Shown piece by piece: positions 24,619 through 36,818 of a DNA stretch of 64,000 nucleotides (positions within the stretch are counted from its first letter, which is position 1; each line of letters opens with the position of its first letter). The position numbers were made by a program, and so were the translations under genes. Origin of the DNA: Heptranchias perlo (taxonomy: Eukaryota). The notes below the pieces were generated by a model, which saw only the letters and a list, made by a program, of their open reading frames with translations, had not been told where the DNA came from and did not search any database. The stretch is taken from assembly GCF_035084215.1 (NCBI RefSeq), contig NC_090358.1, positions 11,718,001-11,782,000 on the forward strand. The letters run 5' to 3'.

Positions 24619-24824
24619 TGAAGAGGAGGAGACTTCAAAAGAAGAGACTTCAAGTTTGAAGGACAAATCCATAGGAATCAAGAAGTCTAATAGATTTCAT
24701 CCATATTTAAAAGAGAAGACGACAAATGGAGACAAGAAGGGTTATAACCGTAACCGAGTTTTTATTAGCAACATTCCATATGATACAAAGTGGCAAGTGA
24801 TTAAAGACCTTATGCGAGAAAAAG
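24619..24824 (+). CDS. MYEF2: MYEF2 exon 2 (PY-NLS-like motif, start of RRM1)
   Basis: Flanked by cctag| and |gtaact; ...KKSNRFHPY...RNRVFISNIPYDTKWQVIKDLMREK. Confidence 0.95.
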
Positions 24825-27800
24825 GTAACTTATGGAAGCAGTTTTTCATACATGAATAACGATGCTTTCCAAAATAAATCCAAATTTGAACATCTTTTTA
24901 AAACTTTAGGGTTTAGTTTATTTTAATTTTACTAATGGCATGGTAAATGAAAACACAGAACTGAAAAGCAAGCATAAATAAAATTGAAGAAGCAAAACTT
25001 CTTGTTCTAAACATTGCTAATGACAATTCTATTTTGAGCTTTGAATTAGGCCGTGAAATATTTAGCCTTATGTGAAGCATCTGTACACAGGGCAGATCTT
25101 AAAGCTGATCTTTTGTTGTGAAACAAGTATGTGCAATATTTTATCATGTATTTAGTCTAATCTGTAATGATAAAATCAACCGTGCATAAAAATGGAAATT
25201 GTTGTCCTATAGCGGGGAGGAACGAGGGAGAAGCTGTTTTAAGAGCTCTACATCATGCTTGCTTCATGTGCTTTAATTGGTTGCAATAGCCTGTGCTTTA
25301 CAAACAGGAATATATTGAAGCTTTAATGGACAATATTGTCCAAATAGCCCAACCATTGTAAAAGTCTCATCAATTCTATGATGTACAGACAAGGACTTCT
25401 GCCTAGTGTATTCTGCCTTGCAAAAACACATGGCAGAAAAAATATCAGGCTTCCTGGAAGACCTTAAAAGCTGCAGCCTAGGATATTTATAGCTTTTTGG
25501 ACCTGGAAAGCCAACACCTGGAGCTTTTCTTTTGGCGAAATACCTCTTTAAAATATGCTATTCTGAAAATCTTTAAAAAGCATTGAGATTATGTTAAAGG
25601 CATCCAAGGTGTAGCTTCAGAACACATTTGCATTGTGATCTTCCTTTTTCAGAAGACGTAAAAATTCTTTTTTTGGCCAGGGAGGGTTTACATCGAGATA
25701 ATTGAGCCATAGAAAGAGTGGGTAGGAAAAAAACCTTTTGGCATCCCTGCTTCCTTAGTGTTGACTTGCAGTCGCTACCAGCCATTGCTGTTGTAAATTT
25801 TAGTGGGTTATTTTTCGGATGAGCAAGATCTTCTCTTTTGGGTGAGGACGCTTGCTCTTGCTGCCTTGGCTGCAATCTTTCTCACCCTTGCCCTCTCCCA
25901 AAAAAAGAGCAGAGTCAATGTCTCGGGGCAGTCAGAATGTGCTGAATTGCAGGAAATTTTGACCCTGGAAATCCAGAAACTTCTGCTTTTTCTGACCATA
26001 AATTTGTAGAACTTAGGCTCCACCGGTTACTTTGGAGTCCCATCAAGAAATGGTTGTGGTGCAATTTGAACCTAAAGATTCTGGACTTATGAAAATGAGG
26101 TTCAAGATAATACCATTGCAGATCATTTGGATGGTGTATCCAAGAAATGGGATGAGGTTTCTATCAATTCTGGCAGTCTTTCAGACTGCTATTTATGACC
26201 TTCATAAAGTGGGACATGTGGAAGTAGCAAAGTATGTGAACTTAGATGTACAACCACCCCATGGCATAATTGTGCTGATGAGAAAGAACTTGCATTTATA
26301 TATAGTGCCAAACTACATTCTTGATGTCCCAAAATGCTTCACAACCAATGAATTACTTTAAGTGCATTCGCTATTGTTATATAGACAAATCTACTTAAAA
26401 GCATTTTGGTTAATGTGCAGTTACTCAAAGACATCCACTGCTTAACTGAAGAAAGCCTACATTTGGTCCAGCCACATAAACAGCCTTTTAGCCAGCATAG
26501 GCTCGATGGACCAAATGGCCGCCTTCTGTGCTGTAAACCATTCTATGCAATTAGAAAATATTTCCATTCTTAATCAAGATCATTCAAAATATCCATCCAC
26601 ATGCACCCCAAAATGATTTGGCTGTTGATACAACTTCCAATCTTCTGAAGTGGAAACTCCCCATGAAGCATGTGATTCCATTCTATGGACTTATAATACA
26701 AAATTAAATAGTTTTGTCTGGTGTTCCTATGTATCCATCTAGTTGCTGCATAATGGGGGCTTGACCAAGCTGGCTTAGCAATCACGTAGCTGCCATTTTG
26801 CCCATTGCCCATGTCTGGCAGGAGACTTGGTTGGTGAATCTGTACTCGAGGTCCATCTGTTTTCTTGGGAACTTAGTTTCTCACACTTAGTGGCCACCTT
26901 ATTAGTAATCTAGAATGCTGCGTTATCTCATTTGCAATGATAAGATCACATCCGTTGACAGCTAAAAATTGCCAAGTTTTATTTTTATCTTAGGAAATCA
27001 TGTATCCAAAGTTCAATCTTGCATTGATTTAAAAAGTTGATTTGTGTATCAACTTCCTTTTGATGCACATAGAATTAAGCTTACTTGCTCTCTGGGGAAT
27101 TCTTTCCTTTAGGGACAAAATCCTAGATAATCTTGTGATAAAGCAACAATTGGTAAATTGGCTGTTAGCATGTATCACCTTATGTTGCTGCCTGGCTGTT
27201 CAGGAACCACTGGAGGAAGTGGGTGCCTAATTAATTCCATGTATAACAAACTCGTGGTGCAATTACTGTTCTGTTTGTTGGCGGCTCCTTGGAGTGACTT
27301 CTATGCTTTGTGCTATTTCCTTGGTTTGATGGGTACTTTTGCTATTGCATTGGTTCAGGATTTGCCTATATACAAATATTTTCAAAGCCTTGCCTCCAGA
27401 CTCTACTTTTGCATACTCTTTATTTCTGGAATTGATATAGATGTGGGCTTCCTTTTTTTTGTGTATAATTCAGTTCCACATGCAAAGCTTTCTTCCCCTT
27501 TTCCCTCAGTTGTTTTTAACTTGGTGTTGGTTGCAGCGAATTTATTAAAACAATACATGCCCTTATTCATTTAGAATTTTTCAAGACCACGTGTTGAATA
27601 AATGTGTACAGGTTTTGGTAGAGCACCTGATGAAAGCATGGCACAAAGCTCTTAAGGGACAGTATTCCTGGTATTTTCCCTTATAGCATGATAACAGTTT
27701 TATTTTTTTGTTGAGCTGAGCTATATTCATGAGTACGTAGACGATTGCACCTGCGGTAGGTGATTTAACATTATGTAAAGACCTGGTTAATGCAGTTCAC

Positions 27801-29019
27801 TGCACACAAGTATTGTTTTTGATTCTAGGTGCTGGTAAATTATTAAATAGTTTGATTATTATGGATGAGTACAATTTAATTTTTTTAAACAAATCTTCAA
27901 AATCTTTTCAATACCCAAAATAGTGCATATTTTGTACAAACTGATTTATGAGTAGATGAATGACCAAGAGCAATTTGAGACTGATTAGCAGAGCCGTGTA
28001 GGCAATCCTGAGACAAAGCATCAAACAGTGTAAAGGCCTTCCTAATAAGGATTTGTTCTGTTTTGCAGCCAATTGTATAATTCTGGGCTTTGTTTAGGCC
28101 TCCGGATGGATTATGGAAGTCCTATAATTGATGGTTGAGCATTGTAATTTCTAAATGCATAGAAAGTGAAATTTCCTTATTGTGCAAATGGCTATGTAGG
28201 CTTTTTATGGTGTAAGGAAATTGCATCTGGAAGAGAAAATCTAGAAAATTACTGATGCTTGCCTTTAAGTCATAGGAGAAAACTGGAAGTTGTTTTACTT
28301 CCTTTATCATCCTTTTATTAAGTAAGTTGGACTTTGGTTCCAAGTATCGTTCTTTTTAATGCTTTTACTATTGTGCCAATTACTGGAGCTTAAAATGATC
28401 TTGTGCTAAGTACAATGTAACTTTTGATTTCTGCATCTGTTGTAAGGTGACACAAAGTTTAATTGTGAAGCTCAATGTCTTGGATTTGGATTTAGATTTT
28501 TATGCCATGATATGGCTGAATTATTGCTTTTGTGTGTTGTGCAATAAGCATTTTCATTGCAGTATTGTGTTATGTATTTGTGACTTTACACATCCAGGGT
28601 TGTAAGCTTTGTCACCTTAAAACAGTGTATTTTGACTGCCACAAAGTTGGCATTGATAGGAAAATGTAACTTGTTTTAGCAATGTCGGATTGTTTATTAA
28701 ATGGTAGTAACAATATTTGTTATTTGTTCACCAACTATATCATACAGGCCAAATCTGTTTTAATTAGCTGCTATATGATAGTAAATGTTGTTTGAATCCG
28801 ATTTGGATGATGCAGTTGACAAATCTTTGGGGCAAATGTTGATTTCATTTAAAAATTGTTATGTATTGTAATTATTAGGCGGTGTGCTGGTCTGGTGTTG
28901 ATTGTTGGTGAATAATGGGTTGTTCCTCTGTAGTGTTGTGTAAGCGGCAACAGTGAAGTAAGTGTGTGGTCTTTTAAATGCATTGTTTTTGGTATTTCCC
29001 CTCTGTATATCTCATGTAG

Positions 29020-29072
29020 TTGGTGATGTTATATACGTGGAACTCTTTAAGGATGCTGAAGGAAAGTCAAGG
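29020..29072 (+). CDS. MYEF2: MYEF2 exon 3
   Basis: tgtag|(V)GDVIYVELFKDAEGKSR|gtaagt. Confidence 0.95.
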
Positions 29073-29538
29073 GTAAGTGGGAAAAATCTGCTTGGGGGTT
29101 CATAAGGTCCTCAGCAGTTTTATTTTTTACTTATTGTTTAGCACAGGTAGCTCAATTTAAGGTGTTTGTTAGCTAGGATGCCCTTGTATTTATTGCCAAC
29201 TCTGCTATACGCTGGAGTTTGGTTGTGTTGTCTGGCATTAAGAAAGGGATAATCTGCAGGCCTGCAGTGGATATTTCCATGTTTAATTGATTGGACTGGT
29301 GTTACTATAAACAAGTTGTAATGTATTGCTTGCTTTTACAGAAAAGTAACCATAAAATACAGGAGGTAGTTGTAGCAAGGGCTTGTTATATATGATACAG
29401 TAGTTTTATGTGAATCCTTTTTCCTACATACTATAATAACATTTAGAATAAAAATTTATAGAAAATGGTGTAATTTCATTTGCTAAAATTTTTTTTTTCT
29501 TCTTCCTCCCCTTTGCATTGCTTGCCATCTGGCTTTAG

Positions 29539-29546
29539 GGTTGTGG
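29539..29546 (+). CDS. MYEF2: MYEF2 exon 4, 8-nt microexon (GGTTGTGG)
   Basis: Long polypyrimidine tract, tttag|GGTTGTGG|gtaagt. Supplies G-C-G of RRM1 RNP1 and is required to link phase 0 to phase 2. Confidence 0.92.
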
Positions 29547-30739
29547 GTAAGTAACTATATCCTTTTTGTTAATGTTCAGTTCTAAAATAAACTGTTGATG
29601 TGTTGCAACTGGTTATATGTAAAATTGGACTGTTGCCCTTTTTAGTCTGTTTCCTGGAATAATTCATTTCAGACCCTGGGTACATCATACTTAAGAACTG
29701 TGTATTCAACTACATTAACTTTACACTACACTAAAAATTCCAGACTCCATATTTAGGTAGTAGATGTTTTAGTACAGCTTTTATCTTGGCTTTAGAGGGG
29801 TACATGTGTTACCACTTCCCAATGTACAGTTGCATGCACCTGTTAACAGCCGAATTGAAAACTTGCTGGATTTGATTTGCTAAAATTGGCCATTAGAAAG
29901 ACCTGTTCATGGTGGATGGTCTTAGTGGATCAGGCAATTCTACATTGGGATTGCCGCTAGATATGGAAAACTCAAGTGTCAGGAACTGGCCAATAAAAGG
30001 AAGGACGTGCCCTTTTATAGTGCCTTTCATGGCCTCAGGATGTCCCAAAGCGCTTTATAGCCAATGAAGTACTTTTGAAGTGTAGTTGCTGTTGTAACAT
30101 AGATAGTTTGTAAGAAGAATGTGAGTTTCTAACCCAAAAACAAAGTTTGTTTTTTATAATTGATGCCACATTACTAAATAATTTAAGAATGAATGTTAAA
30201 TTTTGTATTATACAAATAGCATCCTGTGAAGAATGCTGCTAGTATTATTTTGCTGAGCTATATGGTCTTTTACATCCTCTTTATAAACTTTTTTTTTAAG
30301 AAGTCCATTAAATATTTGGAAAACCATGGGAGAGATACAGTTGCTACACAGCTTGTAATGTATTTGGCTACTCTTGCCCAGTGTCCAGAATATTTCTTGG
30401 ATAATTTCAAGAAAATGTTGAATTAGCATTATTTAACTTTCAATAAGCATTACAAATTTATGAAACAAACTACCATCATATCCACTAAACTTATAATCTA
30501 GAATTTTAGGCAGGAATAGTCTAATCCCTGATTATGAAAAGATACTGTCTTGGTGTAGGGCAGTATAGTGGTAAACATTATCTGGTGGACAAGTTTTGTA
30601 GACGTTAGTCAGTGCAAGATGCATGAACTGATTCTCATTTAATTGAGACCCACTTGTACTATTTAGGTGACTGAAAGCTTCTAGTTGAAATAAATTATTG
30701 CTTAATGAAAAATAAATTTTCTGTTTTTAACATCTACAG

Positions 30740-30833
30740 TGTTGTGGAATTCAAGACTGATGATTTAGTTTCAAAAGCTTTAGATGTTATGAACAAATAT
30801 GATCTTGGTGGAAGACCACTTACCATAAAAGAG
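30740..30833 (+). CDS. MYEF2: MYEF2 exon 5
   Basis: tacag|VVEFKTDDLVSKALDVMNKYDLGGRPLTIKE|gtgagt. Confidence 0.95.
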
Positions 30834-31189
30834 GTGAGTAGTAATTTATTTCTCTAATCCTTTTAAGAGCAGTTTCTAGCAACTTGTATTTGATGAACTG
30901 AATATTTCTCATTTATGTAGTTCCAAGCATACGTTATGTTAATGTAAATGGGGGAGTGTAGTTTAGGGAAAGTATTTTGAAATGGCCTTTTCTGCTTACC
31001 CCTTATCCATTCAAACATAATATCAGGAGGGTGGGGAGCATGCAAGTGTCTTGTTTACTTGCTAAAATCTCAGTATTTGGAATCAGTCCTGAGTGACTTT
31101 CCTAGGGTTTCCTTGTGTGTTTTTTAAAGCAAGCTGTATGGCATTTTGCAAAAGTTAACCATAGATCTCATCATGTGTAATTGTTTTGA

Positions 31190-31515
31190 TTGAGAGGGAT
31201 TCTGCTATCAGGAAAGACTGATCAGGTGTTGGCTCTTTTCTCTCTCAAAAAGAAGGCTGAGAGGTGACCTGATAGAGGTCTTTAAAATTATGACGGGTAG
31301 ATGTAGAAAAGATGTTTCCACTTGTGGGAAATCCGAAACTAGGGGCCATAAATAGTCACTAATAAATCCAATAAAGAATTCCGGAGAAACTTCTTTACCC
31401 AGAGAGTGGTTAGAATGTGGAACTTGCTACCACATGGAGTAGTTGAGGTGCATAGCATCGATGCATTTAAGGGGAAGCTAGATAAGTACATGAGGGAGAA
31501 GGGAATAGAAGGAAT
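31190..31515 (+). mobile_element. Old CR1 3' fragment
   Basis: 'ttctttacccagagagtggttagaatgtggaac' CR1 ORF2 C-terminus. Confidence 0.75.
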
Positions 31516-31868
31516 GCTCTCTGGAAAAGCATCTATTTTTGAAAGAGGGGGAAATAAACTGTATATATGGCCCCACATCTCTCTCTGCATCCTCTGGCAG
31601 CTCTGCTGAAGGAAGTGAATGGAATTATCACGCGGAGATCTATAATATGTTATCGATCCTGATCAGTCTAAACTTTAGTCAGATATTTCGGAAACATTGA
31701 TATGGCATTGCCTAGGGGTGATGGAAGACCCTGTAACTGGTGGATTCATGGCACTTGGCAGAGCAAGGATGACTCATTTTACTCCTTGGCTTATGGCAGC
31801 TATTTAGAGACCTAATCTTTAAAAAGTTGACCCTTGCATATACCTCAGCAGTGATTGATGGATCTGGG

Positions 31869-32845
31869 ATTCATGTATTCCAGCAGTGGTACAACAGGCT
31901 TTCTGTAGCAGACACTAGACAAACTATCCCCAAACACGTTAATCAATATGGAGCTCAGCCCCCTTCTGTGTATTCCAGTTTTTTTTCTTAAAAGGTTGGC
32001 TGGTCTGTTGGGGAGGCTTTACCATGTTAAACTTGTATTGGTTTGTTTAGTTACACTATACCTATTACAAATATAAAATGGGAGTTCTCCAAAATAAGGA
32101 CACAATTTTAGGAGCAAGGGTTGGCCCTGAAACACAATTATATCTTGTCTGTATTAAATTTTTGATTTGGATCCTTTATTCATAGAAACTGTAATGGATT
32201 TAGACATAGGTTAATACGGAGATGACTGGACATTTTCAAAATAAAAGCATTATACCAGATAAGACTGCATGCGAGCAGGAGAGTTTTTTTTTGGTGCCTA
32301 GATCCTGTTGAAACATGGGTGACTTCAGATGCGTCGTTCCTAAGAAATATTTCTTGACAACCTTGCCGCTTAGGGTTGTTTTATACAGTGTGCTCTGTTT
32401 GACACTTTGCTCACTGGCAGGCAGGCTGAGAGATGTCCTTGATACTTTGCTGGCGGTGCTTGCTGTAATTTGTGTGGAGAAACATTTTAGGTAATTGACA
32501 TGAATGGCGCAATGGTCTTATATTGAGAAATGCAACTGTCTATTGCTATGGACATAGGAAGATTAACTGGCGAAGCGGCCCTGTGATTGGCTCAGTGATC
32601 TAATATAATTGAGGGATATTGTTGTGCGTGTTATTTGACAATGTAAAACAAAAGTAAAATGCTGGAACAAACAGATACAAGTTTAACATGGTAAAGCCTC
32701 CCCAACAGAGCAGCCAACCTTTTTAAGAAAAAAGACTGGATGACCCAGAAGGAGGCTGAGCTCCATATTGTTTAAAATGTTTGGGGATGGTTTGTCTAGT
32801 GTCTGCTACAGAAAGCCTGTTGTACCACCGCTGGAATACATGAAT
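31869..32845. repeat. Imperfect inverted repeat, arms 31869-32046 and 32667-32845
   Basis: Manual alignment of the left arm to the reverse complement of the right arm gives about 178 bp at roughly 90% identity; spacer about 620 bp. Confidence 0.9.
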
Positions 32846-32851
32846 GTATAC

Positions 32852-33010
32852 AATGCTGGAAACACTTAGTAGGTCAGTCAGCATATAGGCTGAGCAGACA
32901 AGTTAACAGAGCTGTTCTGATGAAGGGTTATATCTGAAATATTACTTGTATGCTTTCTTCGCAGATGCCGGTTAACCCAAGTGTTTCCAGCATTTGCAGT
33001 TTTGTTTATT
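32852..33010. mobile_element. Penelope-derived palindromic remnant with decayed hammerhead-like core
   Basis: 'aatgctggaaacac...CTGATGA(32917-32923)agggttatatctGAAA...gtgtttccagcatt'. Confidence 0.55.
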
Positions 33011-33884
33011 TCCGCTGTCGACAATATCAAAGATAAACTTGTTAATTGGTTAAGTGGCCTAAGATACGTGTTTCATAGTGCCTTTGAGCTTTATCTCTTT
33101 CAAAAATGAAAAGGTTTGGAATTATTTCAGTTGGGAAGCTGGATAGTAGTCAATCTAGTGTAAGCTTTCAAAGCAGCAGAAAGACTGAGCGAGATAGGCC
33201 TGTGGTAATGTTTCACTATGTTAGGAGTGAATATCTGTTTTCCACCTTTTTTGTATATGTTGGAAGAGAGAAACCAGGGAGTGCTTTTTTTAAAATTATT
33301 GTACTGAGTAGTGAAGTTTATAAGTGCACTTTTTATGCCACATATAATAGTTAAATAAACCATCTGTTGGTTTATAAGCTTGAATCTCAGCCTTACTGCG
33401 TATGTTCAGTCCGCCTATAAAAGAGATGAATCACATGATGACATGTGATGCATTCCAATAAACCTGGTGCACAAATGTCTAGTGTTCTCTGCTCAATCCT
33501 TGGTCTCGCTATTGATCTCGATTATAGAAATTTGGCAGGTAAGACACGTTATAGGGGAGGCAGGGCTCGCCTTTGGGAAGTGGTTGGTGTTACTGAACCC
33601 AGTAAAATATTTTACGTAAAACCAAAAAATCTGTTCCCCCATTTTCTTCGAACAATTTCACCTACCCTCAATTCCTTCTCTGACCAGAAACACATCCACT
33701 TGAGGTTTCAACACAACTTTTATTCCCCATTAAGAATATGCAAATTAATTTAGGTGCTGCAAAAATGAGCTCTAAATCAGTTTTCCATTTGAAGCAGAGG
33801 ATGAAACTTCAGAGCTTGTGTAATTTTTTGGAATATGCAATTGTATTAGCTTTAATGTCTTGAACATAACTTTATTTCATGTAG

Positions 33885-34079
33885 GATGCTGATGGAGAGC
33901 ATGCCCGCAGAGCTATGCAGCGTGCTGGTGGTGGTTCGTACCCTGGTGGGCCTGGGCCAGATATGGGTTCACCAATTGTTAATTTGCCACCAAATCTTGT
34001 CAACAACCCAAATATCCCCCCTGAGGTCCTCACTGCTCTGCAGGCTGGCAGACTTTTACCAACTGTATTTGTTGCTAAT
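33885..34079 (+). CDS. MYEF2: MYEF2 exon 6
   Basis: tgtag|DADGEHARRAMQR...NNPNIPPEVLTALQAGRLLPTVFVAN|gtaagt. Confidence 0.95.
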
Positions 34080-34194
34080 GTAAGTGTGTTTCATTTTTCT
34101 CTCTTTCTCCCCCCCCCCCCTCCCCCCCAAAAAAAAATTGAAAGACAATTGTGCTGTTTCAAACTTCTGTAAAACTGCTTCTGTTTGTGTTTAG

Positions 34195-34348
34195 CTTGAC
34201 TTTAAAGTAGGCTGGAAGAAGCTGAAAGAAGTATTTTCCATGGCTGGGACAGTAAAACGTGCAGATATCAAAGAAGACAAAGATGGCAAGAGTCGTGGAA
34301 TAGGAACTGTGATTTTTGAACAGTCCCTTGAAGCCGTTCAAGCTATCT
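34195..34348 (+). CDS. MYEF2: MYEF2 exon 7 (RRM2)
   Basis: tttag|LDFKVGWKKLKEVFSMAGTVKRADIKEDKDGKSRGIGTVIFEQSLEAVQAI|gtatcttt. Confidence 0.95.
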
Positions 34349-35889
34349 GTATCTTTTTTCCCCCATAGTGATAGTTTAAGATAACGGAATTTGCTGCAAA
34401 GCAAATATTTTTGAAGATAATCTTCAAAATCTCTGTTTCTGTGCTTTTAAAGGAGGAGCATGGATTGTTTTTAGATGTTGATGTGGCATTTAAACACATA
34501 ACCAAGATAGATATAGGTCCAGAATTTGTTGGAGCAGGGCATCTCACTGCATGTCCTGTAAGTTAGACTTGTTCATGCTCATTTCAGCTCAAAAAATTTT
34601 TGCGTACAAAGTTTGCTGGAAGTGTGAATTGATAACAGCGCCAAGGGCAAAGGCAACCTGGGACCTTGGTGAACAACAGGACAAACAGTGTATCTCCATA
34701 ACTAATCAGATTTAAGAACTGAGAAATAAACAGGAAGGACTGAGATAGAGGGTCAATTTGTGGATGAATTCAATGTCAATTCAGGTACAGAAAGAGGTTA
34801 AGAGAAAGCGGCAGAGGAAAATTAAGACTTAAAAAAAAAATTGACATTTTTAAAATCTCCAACAATTCATTACCCAAAGGAATGAGACGCCACACTTTTG
34901 CTCACTTTCTGGGCAAGAGAGGTTGATTAATAATGATCACATCGTTAAAGGGGTACTTGCGTTATTAATTACTAGACTTAACTTTCGGTGGCAAATTTAA
35001 TGGGCAATTAACTTGCAAATGCAGCAACTTCATGAAAATCATTGGGAGGTTAAGGGCGAGATGCTGTTTTCATGGAACTAATGACGGAGCAGTGCAAATC
35101 AGCTAGCAATTTGTGACACTTCTCAATTCATGGGCATCTCTTTCTTGCCACAAGTTGATGGCCAATTCGCACATTAATAACAGCGTGCTTCGTTCATGCA
35201 GCGTCTTTTTTTCAGCAAATTCTGGGCCATATAACTTGTCTGCATTGATTTTATTGGGACTTTCTCAGGAGAAATCATGTTAAATGGTTCATTTGGACAT
35301 GAGTGCATATATTTTGCTCTTTATGGTTTTTATAGCAAAACCAGAAATTTAGCCAAGTGCATCTTCCACTATGTTGGAATTCTGTATTAAAAGTTGGTAT
35401 GTGGATGCTGCAGAGTAATGCAAAGTTACATTCTTTTCATATAAAAGATGCTGACCATACCTACAACTACAGAATCATTGCAGTGATTCGTTGCAATATT
35501 TGGGCAGTTGATCTCTATGCTTTGGCTGGTCTCACCACTTTTCTAGTCAGTAAGATTTATTTTTGTCTGAAAAGGATTCTCAATGTTCTGAGAAATATCT
35601 GCATTTAGATGGCTTAATAAGTTGAGTTATGCTCTTGCAGTTTGTCAGCTGAACATTTTGAGCTGTATGATACCCTTGCTGTTTGTGCACTGTGCCTGTC
35701 GATTTTACAAAAATGTGTGTCAGCTGTGTTTAATAAATGCTAGTGAAAAGTGTATTCAGGTGATGCACATTTACTGCAGTTTGTAGTAGGCACATCCCTC
35801 TGCAATCTGTTATGTATTTCATAAATAGCTAAGAGCTCCTTTTACAGAATTAGGCACTGTCTATTTCAGTTTCCTTAACTTGATAATAG
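34349..35889 (+). other. U12-type (minor spliceosome) GT-AG intron of MYEF2
   Basis: 5' splice site GTATCTTT; branch site TTCCTTAAC at 35871-35879, 10 nt before the intron end; no polypyrimidine tract in between. Confidence 0.88.
34516..35228. mobile_element. Non-autonomous DNA transposon (PIF/Harbinger-like termini)
   Basis: Termini GGTCCAGAATTTG ... CAAATTTCTGGGCC; ATATA on both flanks; related fragment at about 19.0-19.3 kb. Confidence 0.6.
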
Positions 35890-35939
35890 CTATGTTCAAT
35901 GGACAGCTTTTGTTCGACAGACCAATGCATGTGAAAATG
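35890..35939 (+). CDS. MYEF2: MYEF2 exon 8
   Basis: aatag|(S)MFNGQLLFDRPMHVKM|gtaaga. Confidence 0.95.
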
Positions 35940-36036
35940 GTAAGATTTGATTACTTTATTACAACTATGATGTGGGACAGCTTGGAAATAGATTAATTCT
36001 CCAGCTACAAACCACATTTTTTCCTTTTTTATAAAG

Positions 36037-36100
36037 GATGATAGATCTGTTCCACATGATGACTTCCGTTCCATGGAGAACAAGACATCACAGTTACCTC
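36037..36100 (+). CDS. MYEF2: MYEF2 exon 9
   Basis: taaag|DDRSVPHDDFRSMENKTSQLP|gtaagt. Confidence 0.92.
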
Positions 36101-36251
36101 GTAAGTCTAATACAAGATATAATACGAACTATATAATGCATCTGTTTAGATATGTGCCACACTAGTAAAGCACTTGTCATGAAGAAATTTACTGCTTTGC
36201 ATGATTCCTCTAGTGTATTGGTTTCATGCCTGCTGTTTTGGTTGATTTCAG

Positions 36252-36353
36252 GTGGACTTGGAGGTATTGGAATGGGACTTGGACCTGGTGGCCAGCCGAT
36301 AGGTTCAAATCAAATGAATATGAATAGTGGAATGGGCAATATGGGATCTGGAG
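36252..36353 (+). CDS. MYEF2: MYEF2 exon 10
   Basis: ttcag|(R)GLGGIGMGLGPGGQPIGSNQMNMNSGMGNMGSG|gtatga. Confidence 0.93.
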
Positions 36354-36491
36354 GTATGAGACTTGGAACTTGTCTAAGATTCTGAATGAGAAAGGAAAGT
36401 TATGTACAACTAGTTCATATTGTGTGGCAAATTTAAAAAGTTAAATCTGAATATATGATTACTCCTACTTAACCTCTTGTGTTTTTCCTAG

Positions 36492-36542
36492 GAATTGGAA
36501 TGGATGGGCCAGCCTATGGGCGAATGAACAGAATGGGCGGAG
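36492..36542 (+). CDS. MYEF2: MYEF2 exon 11
   Basis: cctag|IGMDGPAYGRMNRMGG|gtgagt; 51 nt, phase 1/1. Confidence 0.9.
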
Positions 36543-36634
36543 GTGAGTTTTCTGTGTTTGTTAAGAACCCAAGTGTTTAAAGTGTAAATTTATTTTATCT
36601 TCTATTGCAAATCTTTTTTTTTTCCTACCTAAAG

Positions 36635-36742
36635 GAATGAGTGGTCCCAGTGGTTTTAGCAGTGGGATGGACGTTATGAACAACATGGGAGGATACGGTG
36701 GTGGAAACATGGGTGGCATGGGAAATATGGGTCGAATGGCAG
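36635..36742 (+). CDS. MYEF2: MYEF2 exon 12
   Basis: taaag|MSGPSGFSSGMDVMNNMGGYGGGNMGGMGNMGRMA|gtaact; 108 nt. Confidence 0.88.
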
Positions 36743-36818
36743 GTAACTTTTTTTTTCTGTTTGTCTTGAGTCATTATTAGCTTTGATCAGTTTGGTGACT
36801 TTTTATTTTATATTGCAG

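Noticed and set aside
31590-32640. Coding-looking intronic stretch, possibly a pseudogene or old TE ORF
   Set aside because: Stops in the frames I translated and no motif I recognise; a translated database search is needed to decide.
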